Position numbers and translations under genes: made by a program
Notes under the pieces: generated by a model
The model's database searches: none
Seen by the model: the letters and a program-made list of their open reading frames with translations, nothing else
What the model was told of the DNA's origin: nothing
Shown: one piece after another, positions 58,038-64,000 of the stretch
How positions within the stretch are numbered: the first letter of the stretch is position 1
How the letters are laid out: the number at the start of each line of letters is the position of its first letter
Assembly: GCA_963841435.1 (NCBI GenBank)
Contig: CAWJCS010000002.1
Span: 736,001 to 800,000 of the forward strand
DNA length: 64,000 nucleotides
Direction: 5' to 3'
DNA from: an uncultured delta proteobacterium
Lineage (GTDB): Bacteria > Myxococcota_A > Polyangia > Polyangiales > Polyangiaceae

Positions 58038-61000
58038 TCAGTTGATGCTGCCGCACTTGCTTGGGACGCCGCCACCGCCGCAGGTGAGCGGGGGCGTGCA
58101 GGTACCGCAGTCGAGCAGCCCGCCGCAGCCGTCGGCGGCCGGGCCGCACTCCGCGTTCTGCTGACTGCAGGTGCGCGGGACACAGCCGCCCGCGCCGCAC
58201 TGGTTCGGCACGCCGGCGCCGCCACAGCTCTGTCCGGCCGGGCAGGTGCCGCAGCTCAGCACGTTGCCGCAACCGTCACCGACGGCGCCGCAGTTGGCGT
58301 TCGCCTGCGAGCAGGACTTTGGCGCGCAGTTCCCGTTGCCGCAGAGGTTCGGGCCGCCGGCGCCGCACGTCTGGCCCGGGGGGCAGACGCCGCACGAGAG
58401 GACACCGCCGCAGCCGTTGCTCGTGGCGCCGCACTCGGCACCCGCTTGCTGGCAGGTGCGCGGGGAGCAGGAGCCGCCGCACTGGCTCGGCGTGCCGCCG
58501 CCGCCGCAGATTTCCGGAGCCTGGCAGGTGCCGCAGTTGAGCGTGCCGCCACAGCCGTCGCCGATGAAGCCGCAGGTAGCGCTTGCCGCCTGGCACGTGC
58601 GCGGGACGCAGCCACCGCCGCAACGGTTCGGGCCGCCGGCGCCGCACGTCTGGCCGGTCGGGCAGGTGCCGCAGCTCACGGTGCCGCCGCAGCCGTCACC
58701 GATGAAGCCGCACTGAGCGTTTTCGCCCTGGCACGTCTTCGGGTTGCAGCTGCCGGTGCCGCACTGGTTGGGCGTGCCGCCGCCGCCACAGGTCTGGCCG
58801 CCCGTGCAGGTACCGCAGTTGACGGTGCCGCCGCAGCCGTCGGCGATGGGGCCGCAGGTCGCGTTGACGCTCGCGCAGCTGCGCGGCGTGCAGCTCGGGG
58901 TGCCACACACGTTCGGCGTGCCGCCGCCGCCGCAAACGGCCGGCGAGGTGCAGGCGCCGCAGGTGAGCACCCCACCGCAGCCGTCGGCGATGACGCCGCA
59001 GTTGGCGCCTTGCGCGCCGCAGGTGGTCTGCGTGCACGTGTGGCCGCACTGGTTCGGCGTGCCGCCGCCGCCGCAGGTGTCGGGGGCGCCGCAGGTGCCG
59101 CAGTCGAGCAGCCCGCCGCAGCCGTCGGCACGGTAGCCGCAGGTGGCGCCGAGGTCATTGCAGGTCTTCGGGGTGCACGTCGGGATGCCGGGCGGATTGC
59201 CGACCGAGACGCACGACGAGAGGTCGAAGAGCATGAACTCGAGGACCTTCTCCTGCGCTGTGAGGGCGCCGGTCGAGCAGTGGTTCGGGAAGACGGCGCT
59301 GCCCGTGGTGCTGCCGACGGCGACGTGGAACGCGCTGTAGAGCACGCGCCCGCAGATGTTGTTCGCGTTGGCGCCCACCGGCGTGTTGAACGCGTATTCT
59401 TGCGTCGAGTTGTGCGTCGAGAGCTGGTGGCCCGACACGCGCACGCTGCTGTCGGTGTAGACGAAGCGCTCGCTCAACGTCGCGCTGTTCGCCTGCACGT
59501 AGTAGCGCGGGTCCAGGATGTCGATGTACCCGTTGCCGTAGGTGGTGCTGTACGAGTTCGTGACGCCGAGCCACGTGTTGAAGGTCTGACCCTTGTTCGT
59601 GGTCTTGTCGATGATACCGACGGTGTTGCTCTCCGAGCCCGTGCCGCCCCAGGTGGCCGTCGTCGCGAAGTCACCGTTGTCGTGTAGGTAGGTGTAGCTG
59701 TAGTGCGACGCGAACACGCGGCCGCCGGCGTCGGCGAAGGCGTGGAGCTTGGCGTCGTAGTTGTTGCCGTGCTCGTTGGCGCTGCCCTCGCAGTCGAAGA
59801 TCGCGAGATCGTAGTTGCTGACGGTGTTGCCCTGGAAGAGGTCCGAGAGCGGAGCCGAGACCCGGTTTCCGCTGCTGCAGTTGCCGTTCTGCCAGTGCGA
59901 GCAGGACTGGTAGGCGCCGTTCGCCCGGTAGAGGTGCACGCGGCCCTGGCCGGTCGGCAGCGTGAACTCGGAGTCGCTCACGCCGATCTTGCGCACGACG
60001 CACTCCATGGCGTCGTAGTTACCGGTCGCGATGGCCATCTGCGGCAGGCTCACGAACTGCTGGTTGCCGGCCGAGGCGTCCGTCTTGTTGCGCGGTAGGC
60101 GCGTCTGGTCGGCGGTGAGGTTCTTGTTCGTGCACTGCGGCGTCGACGTGATCGTCACGACGCGGCGCCACTTGCCGATTTTCACGACCAGCGGAAAGTC
60201 GATGCCCGCCGGCACGTTGCGCAGCACGAACGTGCCGTCCGCGCCCGTGACGGCGCCGGCGATGGGGCTGCCGAGGTCCTCGTCCTGGCAGCGATCGCAG
60301 CTCGGGCCATGCGTGATGGCGGGCAGCGGCGCGTTCGGTACGTAGACGAGCGCGTTCGGCAGCGGCTCGGTGCCGTTCGGCGCGTACACGGTGCCGGTCA
60401 GGCGCGTCTCCTGGTTCGTGGGACACGAGGCCTGGTACTGACAGAGGCCCGTGCAGGTGGTGCCGCTGTCGTTGCCGCACACGCTCGCCTGGCCGCCGCC
60501 GCCGCAGATCTCGGGCGACGAGCAGGTGCCGCACGATTGGATGATGCCGCCGCAGCCGTCGCCGATCGGGCCACAGTTGGCGCCGACGTCCTGACAGGTA
60601 AGCGGCGTACAAGGCGGCGTGCCGCAGACGCTAGGCGTCCCGCCGCCGCCGCAGGTGTTCGGGGCCGAGCAGCCGCCGCAATTGACAGTGCCGCCGCAGC
60701 CGTCGCTCTGGATGCCGCAAAGGCCGGTGCAGACCTGCTGCGCCGTCTTGGGCACGCACACGACCGGCGTGCAGACGTTGGCGTTGCAGACGTTACCGCT
60801 CGAGCAGGTGCCACAATTCAAGGTGGCGCCGCAGCCGTTGGGGATCGAGCCGCAATTCGCGTTGAAATTGCCGCAGGTCTTCGGCACGCACGCCGGAGCG
60901 CCGCACTGACCGGGCGTGCCGCCGCCGCCACAGGTTTCGGCGCCCGAGCAGGAGCCGCAGTCGATGAGGCCGCCGCAACCATCGCTGATGGAGCCGCAGT

Positions 61001-61928
61001 TGGTGGAGCCGCAGTCCGCCGTCGTGCGCGGCACGCAGGATTGCCCCTGACCGCAGACGTCAGGGGTGCCGCCGCCGCCGCAGGTCTCGCCGCCCGTGCA
61101 CGCGTCCGCGCAGTTCTCGATCTCGCCGCCGCAGCCATCGGAAACGAACCCGCAGTAGTTGTCGGGAAGGCTCGCGAGCGCCTCCTCGCAGGTGATCGGC
61201 TCGCACATCGCCGTGCCGCATTTCCCGGGCTCCTGGGCGCCGCAAATCTCGTCGCTCGCGCAGTCGAAACCGCAGTCGATGGTTTCGCCGCAGCCGTCGG
61301 GGACCTCACCGCAGATGCCGGCGTTGGCGTCGTAGTCGTCGCAGGTGAGCGGCGTGCACGAGCCGCCGGGGACGGAGCACTCGCCATCGACGCATTGTTC
61401 GCCGGTTCCGGCGCATTTCTCTTTCGAGTCCGGCCAGCAATTCAGGACGCCGCCGCACCCGTCGGCCTGCATGCCGCAGTCGGCCTTGAGGTCCTTGCAG
61501 GTCTTCGGCACGCACGCCGCGCTGCCGCCGCAGCGGCTAGGCTCGCCGCCGCCGCCGCAAGTCTCGGGCGCCGTGCAGCCGCCGCAGTTGATGAGGTCGC
61601 CGCAGCCGTCGCTGATGGGGCCGCACTCGTCGGAGTCGCAGGTGGTCTTGCAGCCGTTGCCGCTCTCGCCGGCGTCGCCGGGGCCGATGATCGGTCCGCC
61701 GAGGTTGTTGCCTTCGCCGCCTTCACCGAGCGAGCCACTGCTCCCACCGGACCCCTTGCCGGCGCTGCCAGCACTGCCGGCCGTAACACCTGTCCCGTTG
61801 GTCGAAACGTCGGGGCGCCCCGAGCAACCGAAGGCCAGTGCCGAGAGCAGGATACAGCCAGAAATACGCGCGATGAGCTTCGGGACCAAAGGAGCCTCCG
61901 GCAAAAAGGGTGCGATGACCCCGGACAC
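58038..61928 (-). CDS. Large Cys-rich repeat lipoprotein with a central carboxypeptidase-regulatory-like and globular domain
   Basis: Lipobox AFGC; 8 N-terminal and 8 C-terminal (D/N)GCG repeats of about 47 aa; central GTVYAPNG...PLPNALVYVP through EKVLEFMLFDLSSC. Confidence 0.85.
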   Translation of the reverse strand: MSGVIAPFLPEAPLVPKLIARISGCILLSALAFGCSGRPDVSTNGTGVTAGSAGSAGKGSGGSSGSLGEGGEGNNLGGPIIGPGDAGESGNGCKTTCDSDECGPISDGCGDLINCGGCTAPETCGGGGEPSRCGGSAACVPKTCKDLKADCGMQADGCGGVLNCWPDSKEKCAGTGEQCVDGECSVPGGSCTPLTCDDYDANAGICGEVPDGCGETIDCGFDCASDEICGAQEPGKCGTAMCEPITCEEALASLPDNYCGFVSDGCGGEIENCADACTGGETCGGGGTPDVCGQGQSCVPRTTADCGSTNCGSISDGCGGLIDCGSCSGAETCGGGGTPGQCGAPACVPKTCGNFNANCGSIPNGCGATLNCGTCSSGNVCNANVCTPVVCVPKTAQQVCTGLCGIQSDGCGGTVNCGGCSAPNTCGGGGTPSVCGTPPCTPLTCQDVGANCGPIGDGCGGIIQSCGTCSSPEICGGGGQASVCGNDSGTTCTGLCQYQASCPTNQETRLTGTVYAPNGTEPLPNALVYVPNAPLPAITHGPSCDRCQDEDLGSPIAGAVTGADGTFVLRNVPAGIDFPLVVKIGKWRRVVTITSTPQCTNKNLTADQTRLPRNKTDASAGNQQFVSLPQMAIATGNYDAMECVVRKIGVSDSEFTLPTGQGRVHLYRANGAYQSCSHWQNGNCSSGNRVSAPLSDLFQGNTVSNYDLAIFDCEGSANEHGNNYDAKLHAFADAGGRVFASHYSYTYLHDNGDFATTATWGGTGSESNTVGIIDKTTNKGQTFNTWLGVTNSYSTTYGNGYIDILDPRYYVQANSATLSERFVYTDSSVRVSGHQLSTHNSTQEYAFNTPVGANANNICGRVLYSAFHVAVGSTTGSAVFPNHCSTGALTAQEKVLEFMLFDLSSCVSVGNPPGIPTCTPKTCNDLGATCGYRADGCGGLLDCGTCGAPDTCGGGGTPNQCGHTCTQTTCGAQGANCGVIADGCGGVLTCGACTSPAVCGGGGTPNVCGTPSCTPRSCASVNATCGPIADGCGGTVNCGTCTGGQTCGGGGTPNQCGTGSCNPKTCQGENAQCGFIGDGCGGTVSCGTCPTGQTCGAGGPNRCGGGCVPRTCQAASATCGFIGDGCGGTLNCGTCQAPEICGGGGTPSQCGGSCSPRTCQQAGAECGATSNGCGGVLSCGVCPPGQTCGAGGPNLCGNGNCAPKSCSQANANCGAVGDGCGNVLSCGTCPAGQSCGGAGVPNQCGAGGCVPRTCSQQNAECGPAADGCGGLLDCGTCTPPLTCGGGGVPSKCGSIN

Positions 61929-62282
61929 ACCGATCCCCTGCCGTGCGGGGGTGTCGCGCGGAGGGGCCGGTCGGCACTCTGCGAGTACCCTCCCGGGGTT
62001 GGTTGCTCGTGACTCACTCCTCGCGAATCACGAAGACCAACAACGGACGAACGTACCTCGCCACATAAGGTCAATCAAGAGCTACGGCGCATTCCGCATG
62101 CAAATACATGCGAGCTTTGCCCACCTTCATGCACGGGCATCACACATGTCGGGCCAAAAACTTGGGCTTCGACGACGCCCCGGTTTCCTTTGATAGTGAA
62201 AACCGGGGCGCGAGTGTGTCGGATCGATGCGCCTTGGGTGTTAAACCTTCCGAGCGATCCCAGCGACCGCGCTTCTTTGGCC

Positions 62283-63446
62283 CTAGGGCCGCGGGTGTCG
62301 CGGGGCGCGGTGCGGCGCACTCTCGTGCGTCTCGGCCGCCGCGAGCGGCGGGTCGCCGTCGTCGTCCGCTGTGCCCCGTCCCGGAGCTGTGGCTTCCGGT
62401 AGCGCTTCATCGGCGACATCGGGGACGTCGTCGTTCGCGCCGGGATCGTGCGACGCCTTGCCTTTGGGGAGCTTGCGGACGCCGTTCGACGCGCTCGGCG
62501 CGGCCGGAATCGCGGCCTCCATCTCGGCGACGACGTTTTCGGCGATGTCGTCGAGGTCCGCCGGTCGAAGCTTCTTCGCGAACCTCTGCGCCGGCGACGT
62601 GCGCGGCGCTTCACCGGGGCCGGCGTAGTCCACCCACTGCATGACGCAGGGGCGCACGTCGAGGTGAACGAAGGACGAGTTTGGGTAATAGCCGACGCCG
62701 ACGTTGTCGAGCAGCAAGAGGTACTGTCGGAGAACGGTGTTCGGCACGCCCGGAATGCTGAAATCCACCGCCTCGCTGCGCTTGTGGCGCGAGTCGGAGA
62801 AGAACGAGCTGTTTCGATAACCGCTCACGACGCGGAGCGACTTCCCACCGAAGGTGTCGCTCACGCGCACGAGCAGCCGAATGAGGCGATCCGGTACGGG
62901 GGGGCGCGAGCCGGTGGCACCGAGCACGGCCGAGATCTCGCGCCTTGCCGACTCGGAGATACGGCCCGAGCCAATGGTCCCGCGAAAGCGTCGCTTGTAG
63001 CCGACGAGGTCGAGCCGGCCGGGATTTTTTGCTTTGCGCGCGTACTTCAGCCAGTCGTCGCCGCCGCCGGGCCGGTGGTGCTCGGGGATCACGAGAACGT
63101 CACCCGCTCGAATCACGTCGTCGTTGCGCAAGCCGTTCGCGGCCGCCAGCGCCTTGACCGACGTGCCATGGTGGTAGGCGATGACGCTCAGCGAGTCGCC
63201 GCGCGCGATGCGGTAGCTGCGCATCGAAACGCTCTCGTGGCCGACTTGCTTGGCCGGGCAGACGCGGGCGAGCGATGCCGTTCTCCGCGCCTTTTTGGCA
63301 TGGGCACGGGGGCTCGTGCGGTGAGGGTGCGATTCGGCGCCGTGGTGCGCAGAGCGTGCCGTTCTCGCGTGGGGGGGCGCCCCGTGGGCGAGCCCCGTGG
63401 CAAGAAGCAGCCCGAGCGGCAGGGCGGCATGGATCCAGCGCGACAT
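62283..63446 (-). CDS. LysM + YcbK/DUF882 (peptidase M15A-like) protein
   Basis: Signal peptide, YRIARGDSLSVIA...LAAANGL (LysM), VVSGYR, SRH-x-x-x-x-AVD, GVGYYPNSSFVHLDVR. Confidence 0.88.
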   Translation of the reverse strand: MSRWIHAALPLGLLLATGLAHGAPPHARTARSAHHGAESHPHRTSPRAHAKKARRTASLARVCPAKQVGHESVSMRSYRIARGDSLSVIAYHHGTSVKALAAANGLRNDDVIRAGDVLVIPEHHRPGGGDDWLKYARKAKNPGRLDLVGYKRRFRGTIGSGRISESARREISAVLGATGSRPPVPDRLIRLLVRVSDTFGGKSLRVVSGYRNSSFFSDSRHKRSEAVDFSIPGVPNTVLRQYLLLLDNVGVGYYPNSSFVHLDVRPCVMQWVDYAGPGEAPRTSPAQRFAKKLRPADLDDIAENVVAEMEAAIPAAPSASNGVRKLPKGKASHDPGANDDVPDVADEALPEATAPGRGTADDDGDPPLAAAETHESAPHRAPRHPRP

Positions 63447-63681
63447 GAGCCCCGAGGGCTGCCACAGGTCACCCGAAAGGGGCCAGATTTCGGGGTCGAT
63501 TGCGGGCGGTCTCGAAACCGCGCGGTCACATCCTCGTCGTCCCCCCGAGGCGCGTCGCAACCCGGCGTGATTGTTTTTTTTTGCTTTCCCGATAGCCGTT
63601 GCCGCGAGATCGGAGCCATGGGTAAGAGCCGATCCGGGACCGAGTAGGCCCCGCTCACCCTCTTTCGTGCCTCCGAACGCT

Positions 63682-64000
63682 ATGGCCAAAGCCTCTTTGT
63701 CGCGCATCTTCGTGCCCTTGGTTTCGACGTTGACGCTGGGGCTCGCCGCCTGTGGCTCCCAGGAGTCGAAGCAGACGTTCCCCCCTCAAACGGCAGGCTC
63801 CGCGGGAGCGGCGAGCGGCAGTGCTGGCGCCGGCGGCGCTTCTGGTGCGGGGGGCAGCGGAGGCACGGCAGGTGGAGCCGGCAGCGCCGGCGTAGCGGGC
63901 GGCTCGGGTGCGGCTGGCAGCGGAGGCGCCGCGGGCGGCGGGGCCGCGGGAGGCACGAGCGGGGCGGGAGGTGGTGGCGGTGTCGTGGCCGTGCTGCCCG
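63682..64000 (+). CDS. Gly-rich-linker lipoprotein, 3'-truncated by the window edge
   Basis: ATG 63682 reads MAKASLSRIFVPLVSTLTLGLAAC, then a G/A/S linker, open to the end; not in the ORF track. Confidence 0.8.
   Translation, partial: MAKASLSRIFVPLVSTLTLGLAACGSQESKQTFPPQTAGSAGAASGSAGAGGASGAGGSGGTAGGAGSAGVAGGSGAAGSGGAAGGGAAGGTSGAGGGGGVVAVLP

Noticed and set aside
58038-61700. Regularly spaced DNA repeats resembling a CRISPR array
   Set aside because: They are degenerate, codon-phased Cys/Gly protein repeats in an open frame; no identical repeats with unique spacers and no cas genes

Overview
High-GC window whose gene content points to a myxobacterium (Polyangiaceae/Sorangiineae-like): Gly/Ser/Thr-linker lipoproteins, Cys-rich repeat proteins, TIGR02266-type PilZ, AgmX/PglI-like and CglB-like vWA proteins. 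About 50 CDS can be supported. They cover central metabolism (mdh, icd, gor, kdgK/eda), polysaccharide use (pectinesterase, GH8 plus a family-5 ABC importer), RecQ, ClC, two multiheme cytochromes and a WYL regulator. No rRNA, tRNA, CRISPR or mobile element was seen. The standout is a five-gene minus-strand locus at 8928-16214. It encodes a 106-aa Trp-tailed peptide, a class I isoprenoid-synthase-fold (ComQ-like) enzyme, an S8 protease, a PDZ-like/multi-TM (ComP-like) histidine kinase and a sigma-54 response regulator. Upstream lie a sigma-54-like promoter and two identical 15-bp enhancer-like boxes. I infer an autoinducing, ComQXPA-like prenylated-peptide signalling system rewired to sigma-54 in a Gram-negative myxobacterium. 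A second candidate is an asnB-like + SAM methyltransferase + betaine-type ABC + MarC operon (possible compatible-solute pathway). Four single-base frameshifts (icd, the kinase, FAH, asnB) suggest read/assembly indel errors. All family calls come from motif recognition by eye, not from database searches.
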